From contig JBFWVI010000003.1 of the NCBI GenBank assembly GCA_050246815.1, positions 43,267 to 107,266 of the forward strand: a DNA stretch of 64,000 nucleotides, in the 5' to 3' direction. Of this stretch, positions 31,450-41,377 are shown in pieces (the first letter of the stretch is position 1; every line of letters begins with the position of its first letter). The position numbers were made by a program, and so were the translations under genes. The notes below the pieces were generated by a model that was not told the DNA's origin, ran no database searches, and was given only the letters and a program-made list of their open reading frames with translations. This DNA is from Bdellovibrionales bacterium (lineage in GTDB: Bacteria > Bdellovibrionota > Bdellovibrionia > Bdellovibrionales > UBA1609).

Positions 31450-33810
31450 ATGAATCATTTATTCAAAAAATTTAGACGCGACATCGCGGGGCTCATGTGG
31501 GCGGCCCTGGGGATTTTCATTGGTTTGGCTCTTTTTAGTTACTCTCCCACGGATCCCTCCCTGAACTCCATTGGCAAATCCAGCGTGGCGCATAACTTTT
31601 GCGGTTATTTTGGCTCGTTTCTGGCGGATCTTGCTTATCAACTTTTTGGTTTGAGCGCGTGGGTTTTGGTGTTGGGTTCGCTGAAGGTGTCCTATGCACA
31701 TTTTCGCGCGCGAGAAGTGGCCGTGACTCGCTGGCGACTGGTGGTCGGTGCGCTTTTGATGATCACCTTGGCGAGCCTTGGAGCGCTTTATTTTCCGCAG
31801 ATGCGTTGGTTTTCGGACCAAGTCGCCCTGGGTGGTGAGGTTGGCCGTTTGGTGAGTCGAGGTTTGATTCGTATTTTTAACGAAGGCGGCGTTGCGGTTA
31901 TCTTGTGGACAGCCGTTGCAATGTTATTGGTATTTTACACCGAACGCCCCGTGGCAGAATTGTTGCGTCGACCTTGGCAGATGTTGAGCAGGGGGCCACG
32001 CCGGGCGTGGGCGACGATGATGGTCGGGGGCGAGCGCTTTATGAATGTGTGGCGCAGTTGGTTGATTGCCCCGGCCACGCCCGTAATCAACGCCGAAGAG
32101 ATCGTGGGAATTCGCGCCAAGCAATTTCGAGCAGCGGTTGAAGAGGCTCCCGAACGGCGGTTTTTTCCATTGTCGAAAGACAAAGCCGCCGTGCAGGCCG
32201 GCGCTCAGGATGAAATCGAAGAGGCAGAGACTCGCGAACCGGAAATCACACACACGCGTCGCAAAGTTCGATTGTCGATGAAGATCGCGCGTCGTGTGGA
32301 GAACTGGGAGCTTCCAAAACTTTCGTTGCTTGAGGATCCCCCCGCCACTCGCACCCGCCTGGATGAGCGAGAGATTAAGAACAAAGCCAAGCTGCTAGTC
32401 GAAAAGCTCGCACAGTTTGATATTCAAGGCGAAGTTGTGGGTATTAAACCCGGGCCGGCCGTGACGATGTTTGAATTCAAGCCTGCGGCTGACGTCAAAA
32501 TCAGCCGCATAACGGATCTGGCGGATGATCTTTCATTGGCTCTAAGCAGTGAGTCCGTTCGTATCGTCGCGCCGATCCCGGGTCGGGATGTGGTGGGAAT
32601 TGAAACTTCAAACACCCAGCGCGAAGGTGTTTATTTGAAAGACATCGTCGCGCAGAATGATTTTTGGCAAGAAGACTGCAAGCTGCCACTGGCCTTAGGC
32701 CGTCGTGCGAATGGTGAGCCCAAGATTGTGGATCTTCGTAAAATGCCGCATTTGTTGGTAGCGGGAACTACGGGCTCGGGCAAATCGGTATTTGTCGTTT
32801 CTGTTCTGACGGGCCTGCTCTTTCGCCATTCGCCAAAAACGTTGAAACTAATTTTAGTTGATCCGAAGCAAGTGGATTTGGCTGCGTTCAACGAGGTTCC
32901 CCATCTTGTGATGCCGCCGATACGTGAAGCGCGAAAAGCTGTCGGTGCTTTACGCTGGGCAATTCGTGAAATGGAGAAACGTTACCGCTCGATGTCGAAA
33001 TTCGGGGCGCGCGGCCTTGAGGCTTTCAATGAAATGGTGGGAAATCTTTCAGCGGATGAAATCAAAGAACATGAAACTTACAATCAGCCGACCGATGGGC
33101 CGGCCAAGCAGGACACCTATTATTTTGCACCACAACCCTACATTGTGATTGTCGTTGAAGAGTTTGGTGATCTGATGGCGGTAGACAAAGCGAACGTTGA
33201 GCAAGCAGTGGTCCGCTTGGCGCAAATGGCGCGCGCTTGCGGAATCCACTTGATTTTGGCGATGCAGAGTCCACGCCGTGATGTGGTCACCGGCCTGATC
33301 AAAACCAATATCCCTGGTCGGATTAGCTTCAAGGTGGCCAGCAAGATGGATTCGCGCATTATTCTTGATGAGGGCGGCGCAGAGCGTCTGCTGGCGCGTG
33401 GCGACATGCTCTTTTTAGCCCCGGGTGTGGCAAAGCCAGATCGTCATCATGGACCGTTTCTGTCAGAACCTGAAATTGCGGCAGTGGTTAAAAGTTGGCG
33501 TTCTCAAGGTGAACCCGAGTACGACCCTTTGGCGCTACGCTCGGTGGATGGGAATCCCATGGGCGAGATGGGCGATATTGGAGCTGGTGAGATGTCATTT
33601 GATGACGACGATATAAAGGACGAACGCTACGATGAGATTTTAGCTCACGTCGCAACATTAAAGGATGTGAGCGCCTCGTTGCTGCAGCGCAAATTTCGTC
33701 TTGGCTACCCGCGTGCAGCCCGAATGATTGAGATATTTGAAGCGGAGGGCGTGATTGGGCCGGCCAATGGTAGCAAGCCGCGCCAGGTTTTAATCAAAGA
33801 GCTCAAATAA
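31450..33810 (+). CDS. ftsK: DNA translocase FtsK
   Basis: N-terminal TM region, PHLLVAGTTGSGKS, DPK, GAERLL..GDML, gamma domain SLLQRKFRLGYPRAAR. Confidence 0.98.
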   Translation: MNHLFKKFRRDIAGLMWAALGIFIGLALFSYSPTDPSLNSIGKSSVAHNFCGYFGSFLADLAYQLFGLSAWVLVLGSLKVSYAHFRAREVAVTRWRLVVGALLMITLASLGALYFPQMRWFSDQVALGGEVGRLVSRGLIRIFNEGGVAVILWTAVAMLLVFYTERPVAELLRRPWQMLSRGPRRAWATMMVGGERFMNVWRSWLIAPATPVINAEEIVGIRAKQFRAAVEEAPERRFFPLSKDKAAVQAGAQDEIEEAETREPEITHTRRKVRLSMKIARRVENWELPKLSLLEDPPATRTRLDEREIKNKAKLLVEKLAQFDIQGEVVGIKPGPAVTMFEFKPAADVKISRITDLADDLSLALSSESVRIVAPIPGRDVVGIETSNTQREGVYLKDIVAQNDFWQEDCKLPLALGRRANGEPKIVDLRKMPHLLVAGTTGSGKSVFVVSVLTGLLFRHSPKTLKLILVDPKQVDLAAFNEVPHLVMPPIREARKAVGALRWAIREMEKRYRSMSKFGARGLEAFNEMVGNLSADEIKEHETYNQPTDGPAKQDTYYFAPQPYIVIVVEEFGDLMAVDKANVEQAVVRLAQMARACGIHLILAMQSPRRDVVTGLIKTNIPGRISFKVASKMDSRIILDEGGAERLLARGDMLFLAPGVAKPDRHHGPFLSEPEIAAVVKSWRSQGEPEYDPLALRSVDGNPMGEMGDIGAGEMSFDDDDIKDERYDEILAHVATLKDVSASLLQRKFRLGYPRAARMIEIFEAEGVIGPANGSKPRQVLIKELK

Positions 33811-33888
33811 ATTAAGTGCAGGACATCACTTGCCCCCGACGTTTGGTTGTGATGCGATAGCCGGACTTATTAATAAAGGGGGGCAATT

Positions 33889-34476
33889 ATGCTCAAAAAA
33901 CTAGTACTCGCAGTTTCTGCGATGATGGCATTCCAGGCTGGCGCAGCTTCATTGAATATCAATCCGTTCGATGCAAAAAGCTTGGCCACCAAAGTTATGG
34001 ATGACGTTCGCGCTTCCAAAATTCCTCTGACAGTTGGCGACACCGCCAGCTACAGCATCGACCTGGCAGGTTTGTTGAAAGGAACTTTGGAAATGTTGGT
34101 TCGTGAAGAAACGGCCGAAGGCATTTGGCTAGAACAAAACATCGACCTGACGATTCAAAAGCAAAAAGTTGAAACGCTGTTCGATGCCGAAACCGGCGCA
34201 GTAAAGAAGATGTTGGTTGATGGCCAAGAACAAAAGCTCGAGGAGGGCGGCAAAAGCGAAATCGTGGAGTCGAAACCCGACACCATCACTGTTCCCAAGG
34301 GCACCTTCGAGTGCACTTACTTGAAAATTCGCAACACCGATGCTCAGGGCCAATCCAGCGAAGCTGAGTTGTGGTTAAACCCGGAACTCGTTTCGATCGT
34401 GGGCTTGATCAAACAAGTTGCTCAATCGCAACTTGGCCCCGTGACAGTCGAATTGACGGATTTCAAGAAACAATAA
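33889..34476 (+). CDS. Secreted hypothetical protein (beta-rich)
   Basis: Strong RBS, signal peptide, ITVPKGTFEC motif. Confidence 0.85.
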   Translation: MLKKLVLAVSAMMAFQAGAASLNINPFDAKSLATKVMDDVRASKIPLTVGDTASYSIDLAGLLKGTLEMLVREETAEGIWLEQNIDLTIQKQKVETLFDAETGAVKKMLVDGQEQKLEEGGKSEIVESKPDTITVPKGTFECTYLKIRNTDAQGQSSEAELWLNPELVSIVGLIKQVAQSQLGPVTVELTDFKKQ

Positions 34477-35378
34477 TGTTTCGATATGAAGTCTTGAAAC
34501 TAAGGGCGACCATTCAATGGGTCGCCCTTTTTCTTTTTTTAAAGGCCCCGTTTGCGATGGCTAAGCCGCCTGTGCCGCCGGCGAAGGCCCCAGATTTCAA
34601 AGACGTCCTGGCTCAGGCCCAAGAATTGCTACTCAATAAAAAACGTAACGAGGCGCTTCAAAAGCTGCAGCAGCTGCGAGCACAAAATAGTCTGAAGCCG
34701 ACCGAACGCGAAGAGCTCAACGAGGCCACCAAAGAGATTGCCACACGGTTTTTGACCGACAAAGGGCAACGTTCTTATGAATTAGGCCTTTCGCGGCTCC
34801 CTGCTCAGGCCGCCACCGCACTAACTCACTTGCGAGCCGCAGAATTGTTAGAGGACGGCAATGCTCAAATTCAAGAGGCGGTGGTTCGCGCACTTTTAGC
34901 GAACGAAGATTGCAAAACAGCGGCAAAAGAGGCCGCTGTTTTGCAATCTTTATCCGCGGTATTTTCGCAACTGCAAGAGCTGCAGATGCAAATCGCATGG
35001 TGCCTAGATGATGCAGCTGAAGTCGAAAGTCTTTTAAAGCGCAAGGCCGCAGAGAACAGGCTTACGCCACATTTGCAGAAGCTCGCTGCGGCTTGGCTTA
35101 AGTGGCGGCAAAAAGATCCTGAGCGCGCCGTCACCCTGCTTCGAGAAGTTGTGGCAACGGACCCCAAAAACCCTGCCGCACTTTATTGGCTGTGGCGCGT
35201 GCAAAAAGAGCAAGATCTTGACGCTCAGGCCGCGGCGGCGGCCTTCACCAAGCGTTGTCGGCTTTACGAGGTGGAATTTCGTCGACGGACGAGCCCAATG
35301 ATCGAAATGTGTTTGCACTTCAATGAGGTTGAGGCTTATTTGAAGGCCAAAGGAGCAGAGGGCGCAGATGCAGGATAA
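34476..35378 (+). CDS. TPR-like exported protein
   Basis: Signal-like N-terminus; helical repeats (e.g. DPKNPAALYWL); start codon uncertain. Confidence 0.75.
   Translation: MFRYEVLKLRATIQWVALFLFLKAPFAMAKPPVPPAKAPDFKDVLAQAQELLLNKKRNEALQKLQQLRAQNSLKPTEREELNEATKEIATRFLTDKGQRSYELGLSRLPAQAATALTHLRAAELLEDGNAQIQEAVVRALLANEDCKTAAKEAAVLQSLSAVFSQLQELQMQIAWCLDDAAEVESLLKRKAAENRLTPHLQKLAAAWLKWRQKDPERAVTLLREVVATDPKNPAALYWLWRVQKEQDLDAQAAAAAFTKRCRLYEVEFRRRTSPMIEMCLHFNEVEAYLKAKGAEGADAG
34502..34540 (+). terminator. Intrinsic terminator-like hairpin
   Basis: aagggcgacc/ggtcgccctt stem plus long T-tract, 26 bp after the stop at 34476. Confidence 0.7.
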
Positions 35379-35604
35379 GAGGAATCAAGCTTTTATTCAA
35401 CTCACCCTGCTGCTGACAGTTGGCTTATTACTTGGCTGCGGTGTGCGTGGCGACCCTGTTCCGCCACAGCGCCCGGCCGAGCTAGGCCGCGGCAGACCGA
35501 CCTACCGACGGGCCACCGAACGGGTCAAAGTGCAGACCAATCTTGAGGCCGAAGAGACCGAAGAGACCGAGGAAAACGATGAAGAGAACGAGGAAAACGA
35601 GTGA
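35368..35604 (+). CDS. Small lipoprotein with acidic tail (LptM/YifL-like start)
   Basis: Lipobox LLGC followed by GVRGDPVPP; E/N/D-rich C-terminus; precedes dap genes. Confidence 0.75.
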   Translation: MQDKRNQAFIQLTLLLTVGLLLGCGVRGDPVPPQRPAELGRGRPTYRRATERVKVQTNLEAEETEETEENDEENEENE

Positions 35605-36506
35605 GCGAGCACAGTTCTTTAGGCCTAGATGGCGTCATCACCGCGCTGGTCACACCCTTTTATAAGGGCGAAGTGGATGATCGCTCTTTTAAACGATTAT
35701 TGTTTAATCAGTTGAATGACGGTGTTGATGGCGTGGTCGTCAGCGGCACCACAGGTGAAAGTCCGACACTTCGATACAACGAAATCGAAAAGCTGTTCAT
35801 GATGGCGAAGACCGAGGCCGGGGGCAAAGTTCCGGTTTTGTTGGGCACAGGCTCCAATTGCACCCGCCATACCATCGAAATGACTCAAGCAGCCGGCCGG
35901 TGGGGTGCGGATGCAGCTCTTGTGGCCACGCCCTACTACAACAAACCACCCCAGCGTGGACTTTTGGCCCACTTCACGGCGGTGGCCGAGGCCAGTCAGA
36001 TACCGATCGTTCTTTACGATGTACCTGGGCGAACGATCACCTCGATTGCGGTGGAAACGGTAATTGCGCTGGCCAAGCACCCTCGCATTGTCGGCATCAA
36101 AGAGGCGAGTGGGGACCTAAAGCGGCTCGATCAAATCAAGGCCAATGTGGCCGCCGACTTTACTTTGTTGAGCGGTGATGACGATACCTGCGTTGAATTT
36201 TGCCGTCGTGGCGGTCAAGGTGTGATTTCCGTGGTGTCGCACTTGATGGTTCCCGAGCTGAAAGAATTTTTGCGTCGAGCGCGCGGCCAAGACCCCAAGG
36301 CCGAGCAAGATTTCAAAAAATACCAAGCCTTGCTGCGTGCGATTTATGCCGAATCCAACCCGATTCCGATCAAAGCGGCTCTTTACCTGAAGGGGCTGAT
36401 TGACTCGATGGAAATGAGATTACCTTTGGTCGCCTTGGCCGAAGAGCATTTGACGAACCTTAAGGATGAAATGCAAAAATTAGGTATGATCGGAGCCCAT
36501 ACATGA
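35601..36506 (+). CDS. dapA: 4-hydroxy-tetrahydrodipicolinate synthase
   Basis: ALVTPF, GTTGES, PYYNKP, LYDVPGRT, GIKEASG, SGDD. Confidence 0.97.
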   Translation: MSEHSSLGLDGVITALVTPFYKGEVDDRSFKRLLFNQLNDGVDGVVVSGTTGESPTLRYNEIEKLFMMAKTEAGGKVPVLLGTGSNCTRHTIEMTQAAGRWGADAALVATPYYNKPPQRGLLAHFTAVAEASQIPIVLYDVPGRTITSIAVETVIALAKHPRIVGIKEASGDLKRLDQIKANVAADFTLLSGDDDTCVEFCRRGGQGVISVVSHLMVPELKEFLRRARGQDPKAEQDFKKYQALLRAIYAESNPIPIKAALYLKGLIDSMEMRLPLVALAEEHLTNLKDEMQKLGMIGAHT

Positions 36507-37204
36507 AGAAGTTGGCCGTGGTCGGAGCTGCCGGCCGTATGGGCAAAGAGATTTTGCTTTTGCTCGAAAACCACGAGGAGCTCAAAGTCACAGACACGGT
36601 GGATCCGCATGGACGGACCTCGGCCCGCACCATTGAGGAGGTGGATCCAGAGCGTTGTGACGGGGTGATTGATTTTTCGCAGCCAGCCTCGACAATGAAG
36701 GTGGCCAAATGGTGTGCCAAGCACAAAAAGTTTTTAGTCAGTGGTACCACAGGCCTTTCGCGCGCCCAGCAAAGCAGTCTCAAAACCTTAAGTCGGCGCA
36801 TTCCGATTTTGTGGGCCCCCAACCTGAGTATGGGCATCGCGGCTATGAAAGAAGCTCTTAAGGCGTTCGCAGGATTGAAGGACTTTGATTTTCAGATCGA
36901 AGAAATTCACCATCGCCACAAAAAGGACAGTCCAAGCGGGACCGCGATCGCTCTTCAACAAGTGCTCAGCGAGGCGTTAGGCCGCCGTTTACCCGAGCCG
37001 GTTTCAGTGCGCGGCGGTGGAGTGCGGGGCGTGCATCGGGTTTTTGCCATGGGCGAGGGCGAAATTATTTATCTTGAACACGTGGCGATGGATCGGGCGA
37101 TTTTTGCCCGGGGCGCGGTTGCGGCCGCCGAGTGGTTAAGCCATCAGCGGCGGGGTTTTTACGGAGTGGATGATTTATGGCAGCAGCAACACCGCAAACG
37201 GTGA
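36503..37204 (+). CDS. dapB: 4-hydroxy-tetrahydrodipicolinate reductase
   Basis: GAAGRMG, IDFS, GTTG, EIHHRHKKDSPSGTA, FARGA. Confidence 0.97.
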   Translation: MKKLAVVGAAGRMGKEILLLLENHEELKVTDTVDPHGRTSARTIEEVDPERCDGVIDFSQPASTMKVAKWCAKHKKFLVSGTTGLSRAQQSSLKTLSRRIPILWAPNLSMGIAAMKEALKAFAGLKDFDFQIEEIHHRHKKDSPSGTAIALQQVLSEALGRRLPEPVSVRGGGVRGVHRVFAMGEGEIIYLEHVAMDRAIFARGAVAAAEWLSHQRRGFYGVDDLWQQQHRKR

Positions 37205-37713
37205 TCTTGGGCCTGAAGGTCCACAGCAGCGATGGTCTGAATCTGGTCAAAAACGCCCTGCAAGAGTTTGGCAAAGTGGTGCAGCCGGTGTCGATCTCTT
37301 CAGTCTATCGTGTTCATACCGAGGCAGAAATCTCAGCGCACATTCATGATTTAAGATCCCACGCGGTTTTTGAGGGCTTGGTGGTCGCAATGAAGGGTTT
37401 CAGCACGTTGTCGCCCGAGGCTCTTAACCAGGCCTTACGCCACAAAGAGGCGCTTTTCCGCAACGAAGCCTTGCGGCAAAGCGTCACAGTTTCATTTAGT
37501 TTCTATGGTTCGGCCACAATGATGACACCGGATTTGACCCTGCCCGACCCTATTTTCCATCTGCAACCAGAAAGTGTGCTGCCCGCGGCAGAAATCTCGC
37601 CGGAATTTGTTCATCCGGTGCTGCGAAAGACCTTGCGTGAGCTGGCCAAACCCTTTGTTTATGCTCATTGGGGCGAGTTCGTGGCTCAGGGCAAGGCGAT
37701 GCTTGATTTTTAG
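37177..37713 (+). CDS. Degenerate FolK (HPPK)-like protein
   Basis: SSVY and LTLP...VLPAAEISPEFVHP match HPPK, but the GSN and R-x-x-D-x-D motifs are absent. Confidence 0.7.
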   Translation: MAAATPQTVILGLKVHSSDGLNLVKNALQEFGKVVQPVSISSVYRVHTEAEISAHIHDLRSHAVFEGLVVAMKGFSTLSPEALNQALRHKEALFRNEALRQSVTVSFSFYGSATMMTPDLTLPDPIFHLQPESVLPAAEISPEFVHPVLRKTLRELAKPFVYAHWGEFVAQGKAMLDF

Positions 37714-37781
37714 CGGCACTGCCAATAAACCTTGCCCCATTCGCCTGATATCCAGGGGTTGCGCTGAAGGAGTTTGATAGC

Positions 37782-38426
37782 ATGCAATTTTATATTGATA
37801 CCGCCGACATCGAAGAAATCCGTCAGGCCAACCGCCGCGGCTGGGTGGATGGTGTGACCACCAATCCCACCTTGATCGCCAAAACAGGCCGCCGTCACCA
37901 CGATGTGATTAAAGACATTTGCAATGAAGTCAGTGGTCTGGTTTCCGCGGAAGTGATTAGCACAACCACCGATGCTATGGTGAAAGAGGGCCTTGAGCTT
38001 GCGAAAATCGCCGACAACGTGGTCGTGAAGATTCCCATGTGCGAGGACGGCTTGGTCGCGGTTCGCCGACTGGCGTCAGATGGTATCAAGACTAACGTCA
38101 CGCTGGTGTTCTCTCCGCTACAAGCGCTCCTGGTAGCGAAGGCCGGGGCCACGCTGATGTCACCGTTTGTGGGCCGCCTAGATGACGTGGGCTATAACGG
38201 AATGCAGTTGATTAGTCAGATTACTCAGATCTACACCAACTATGGTTATGAAACCAAAGTCTTGGTTGCCAGCGTTCGTCACCCGGTGCACATCTTGGAT
38301 GCCGCAATGATCAGCGCCGACATTGTGACCATTCCGTACAAGGTGATGCAGCAATTGGCTCAGCACCCCTTAACTGACAAAGGTATCGCTCAGTTCTTGA
38401 AAGACGCGCAAAACCTGCCAAAATAA
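37782..38426 (+). CDS. tal: Transaldolase (TalC/Fsa family)
   Basis: DTA, GVTTNP, VKIP Schiff-base Lys; SAEV Glu and SPFVGR Phe indicate transaldolase rather than FSA. Confidence 0.9.
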   Translation: MQFYIDTADIEEIRQANRRGWVDGVTTNPTLIAKTGRRHHDVIKDICNEVSGLVSAEVISTTTDAMVKEGLELAKIADNVVVKIPMCEDGLVAVRRLASDGIKTNVTLVFSPLQALLVAKAGATLMSPFVGRLDDVGYNGMQLISQITQIYTNYGYETKVLVASVRHPVHILDAAMISADIVTIPYKVMQQLAQHPLTDKGIAQFLKDAQNLPK

Positions 38427-38430
38427 TCGG

Positions 38431-38877
38431 ATGTTGTTGAGAACATTCGCCTTTGCCGTGCTGGTTATTCTGTGTGGTTGCGTCAGCCCTGGGGGGCTGA
38501 CTGTGGGCGAAGTGGATCGCCCGTTAAGCGAGTTGCAACACATTGCCGCAAAATCTTTGCCTCTAGGATTAAGAACTACCTCGGCCAACGGCCGGGAGTT
38601 TTTCTCAAACTATTTTGTTGCGGCAGGCCGCAAATTTAAGGCAGCCGAAAAATTGCGGGAGCGAAAGTACGCGCAAATTCAGGTTCTGGGCGATCGTCGC
38701 CCCTACAAGATTCAAGTTTATGTGCAAAATGAGCGAACGGACGCGGCCAGCCAGACTGGCTATTCAAATGTGGGTACAGACCTTGGGTTAGCAAAGGTGA
38801 TCAAGCGACGCGTTCAGCAGCAACTCAACAAACGTCGCGAAGATCTCAACATCATTGACGATTTCAGAGTATTCTAA
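38431..38877 (+). CDS. Hypothetical lipoprotein
   Basis: Lipobox LCGC; basic protein ending IIDDFRVF. Confidence 0.8.
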   Translation: MLLRTFAFAVLVILCGCVSPGGLTVGEVDRPLSELQHIAAKSLPLGLRTTSANGREFFSNYFVAAGRKFKAAEKLRERKYAQIQVLGDRRPYKIQVYVQNERTDAASQTGYSNVGTDLGLAKVIKRRVQQQLNKRREDLNIIDDFRVF

Positions 38878-38929
38878 CTAGACTATTCACGGGGCCAAGA
38901 AGGAATCTGGGCTTTTTTCTAAGGATGGA

Positions 38930-41209
38930 TTGATGATCAGGGCTTCTTTTAAGAAGCGAATTGGATCTAAATATTCGTGGTTTATCGCTGCGGCGGTTAC
39001 CTTTTCTGGAAGCAATCTTGCTCACATCGATGCCCGTGGAACAGCAAATCAAGCACTAACAATTTCTTTGCCCCACATGTCGCCTGCGATGGCCGCGCTT
39101 GAAGACAGCGTGAAAAGTTGGAACGTGCAACAGGTCGGCACTCGACCAGTTATTCAGGAAATCAAGTTGAACTCAGGTGCCAGTGGCGCGGCTATGGTCG
39201 AAAAAATTCTACGACCCATGGTTCCCTACGAAATTCGTATGCAACAGTGGTTGGCCCGAATCCCCATGGGCGGGCGCATCCGCATGCCAGCGGTGCAATC
39301 AACCGCCTTTCCTGCAGGCCAAATGGTGGCCTTGCAGGGCATGACCATTCGTCAGCCCGAGCCAGCTCAGCCAATCGCTATTTCGCCAGTGCAACCCGTG
39401 ACCGCGAAAATTCAACTGCCGCGTCGCGAGTGGAACGAAGGTGCAACCGAACTTTCATCCAACCAGCGTGATCGTCTGGTCGCACAACTATCTGAACAAA
39501 ACTGGAACACCGCAACTTTTGCTGAAAAAGCAAAACAGCTCATCGAAAAAGAAAAGGGCCCAGCCCCCACCGACCAAAGCGTGCGCTATAACGGTGGAAT
39601 TTTGGTTGCAACACAAGTGCCGCAGCCGCCCCCTGCTGTGCCGCCCCTATCGACTTCGCCACAGACAAGTTTGCCGCCGACACCTAATAATGTCGGCTCT
39701 CATTCCGAACCGACCCCGGGTATCAGCTGGGCAAAACCAGACGATGGGCAATCTGTTCGCGCCACTTTAAGCGGCACGATTCGTTTGGCCGGAGGCCTGG
39801 CGGTGACAGATCCTGGTGAAACGTTGGTCATATTCCGTGAATGGGAAGGTCTGGCCGTCGAGAGGGCACAAGTGTGGATGAACGATGGCCGTTTTGAAGT
39901 ATCGACCCGCTCTTTGCGAGGTCGACTGCTGGGTCAGTTGCGCGACGCCCGCGGCCAAATATTGGGTGAAGGCGAAATCAAACTAAACCAGCTCACTCCC
40001 CGCGCTGACACCGACCGCATTGACGATTTGATGATGACACTTCGGCCGGTCTTTGCTGGCGCGCGTGTTGATGTGATCTCAGTGCACTCGTATGGCCAGC
40101 AGATTCAAACCGTCAAAACCGCCAAAGTGTGGATGATGGGCGAAAGCCAACCCATGAAGACCGATGAGGACCGTCGCTATTTCAGTGAAGAAGGTTTGAA
40201 AAAAAGCAGCACCTTTGTGGCACAGGCATCCGCCGAGAACCATTGGGGCACGATCGTGGTGGGTTTGACCGGCCAAGAAAGTCGAGCACTTTTGTTTCCG
40301 AACAAGTTTATGGAGGCTTTGCTGAACCTGACCATCGGCAGCGGTCGTCAGGTGGCCGATCGCAGCGGTGTGATCTGGGGCCGAGTCACCAAAAACGGAC
40401 AGCCCGTCACCGGTGCGCGGGTTGAAATGGCTGGGGATCACCGTCAGCAGGGTCATTATTTTAATGCCATGCTGTTGCCCGATCGCTTTGCTGACGCCAC
40501 GGGCGAAAACGGGACATTTGCTTTTGTCGAAGTCACGCCGGGTATTCAATCTGTGCGCGTGATCTATCAAGGTCAGGCTTGGCCGGCCCAGATCATTCCG
40601 GTTGAGAGAAATCATGTTTCTTATTTAGATTTCGAGTTGGGCACGCCGGAGTCCGTGCCGCTTGAGATTTTTGATCCTTTGGATGGCAGCCAAGAACTCA
40701 ATGGAATCTTGCGATGGGCCGGCGATGAAACCAGTGAAATAGAAGTGCAAGGTCGCGGTCGTCTGGGTGTGCCAAGTGGGCCTGGGCTTGTGATGCTTGA
40801 AGCCGATGCCGGTGAAAAGTTTGAATTGATGCGCTACACGATTTCTCGCAATACCCGTCGTCTGAAGCTGCCTGTTGTGCGTCGTGACTGGATTTTGTCG
40901 CTGGCATCACGAAAGCGTGTGAACTTGGATGCGGGCGTAGGTATAGCGGTCGGTTTCGGGCTGCCAGAAGACTTCACGGTTCATTTGGATCGCACCGAAG
41001 ACAGTTCGGCAACACCCGAAATCGTCTATTTTAATTCGCAGGGCCAAGCGATGTTCACCGATGAGGGCGTCGCTGGCGGCGGATTTATCGTGTTTAATGT
41101 TCCGACGGGACTGCGCACTGTCACCTTGGCCAGCAAAAGTGATCGAAAACTTTTCCGCCAAGTCATCTTGTCTTCCAGCGACGCGGTTAATTTAGTTTTG
41201 ACCGAGTAG
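38930..41209 (+). CDS. Large exported protein with carboxypeptidase-regulatory-like (prealbumin-fold) beta domains
   Basis: N-terminal signal/anchor, Pro-rich linker, repeats such as GVIWGRV...PVTGARV...TGENGTFAF..V.PG. Confidence 0.78.
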   Translation: MMIRASFKKRIGSKYSWFIAAAVTFSGSNLAHIDARGTANQALTISLPHMSPAMAALEDSVKSWNVQQVGTRPVIQEIKLNSGASGAAMVEKILRPMVPYEIRMQQWLARIPMGGRIRMPAVQSTAFPAGQMVALQGMTIRQPEPAQPIAISPVQPVTAKIQLPRREWNEGATELSSNQRDRLVAQLSEQNWNTATFAEKAKQLIEKEKGPAPTDQSVRYNGGILVATQVPQPPPAVPPLSTSPQTSLPPTPNNVGSHSEPTPGISWAKPDDGQSVRATLSGTIRLAGGLAVTDPGETLVIFREWEGLAVERAQVWMNDGRFEVSTRSLRGRLLGQLRDARGQILGEGEIKLNQLTPRADTDRIDDLMMTLRPVFAGARVDVISVHSYGQQIQTVKTAKVWMMGESQPMKTDEDRRYFSEEGLKKSSTFVAQASAENHWGTIVVGLTGQESRALLFPNKFMEALLNLTIGSGRQVADRSGVIWGRVTKNGQPVTGARVEMAGDHRQQGHYFNAMLLPDRFADATGENGTFAFVEVTPGIQSVRVIYQGQAWPAQIIPVERNHVSYLDFELGTPESVPLEIFDPLDGSQELNGILRWAGDETSEIEVQGRGRLGVPSGPGLVMLEADAGEKFELMRYTISRNTRRLKLPVVRRDWILSLASRKRVNLDAGVGIAVGFGLPEDFTVHLDRTEDSSATPEIVYFNSQGQAMFTDEGVAGGGFIVFNVPTGLRTVTLASKSDRKLFRQVILSSSDAVNLVLTE

Positions 41210-41306
41210 GTGCGGGAGATTGCGTTAGAATTTAGTCATTCCAATGAGTATGGCGGCTTTTTTGCCACCTGCCTGGCAGGGGCCGAGTGCCGTCGCTGCG
41301 CGCCTC

Positions 41307-41336
41307 GTTTCAAAAGTTGAAACACTTGTTTCAAAA
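41307..41336. promoter_or_regulatory. Palindromic operator-like site
   Basis: GTTTCAA-aag-TTGAAAC, with a second GTTTCAAAA 21 bp downstream, ahead of the HTH gene. Confidence 0.5.
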
Positions 41337-41377
41337 CCTACTTGCTTCACAGGACGTTCAAAGAGCAAGCTAGTCCC

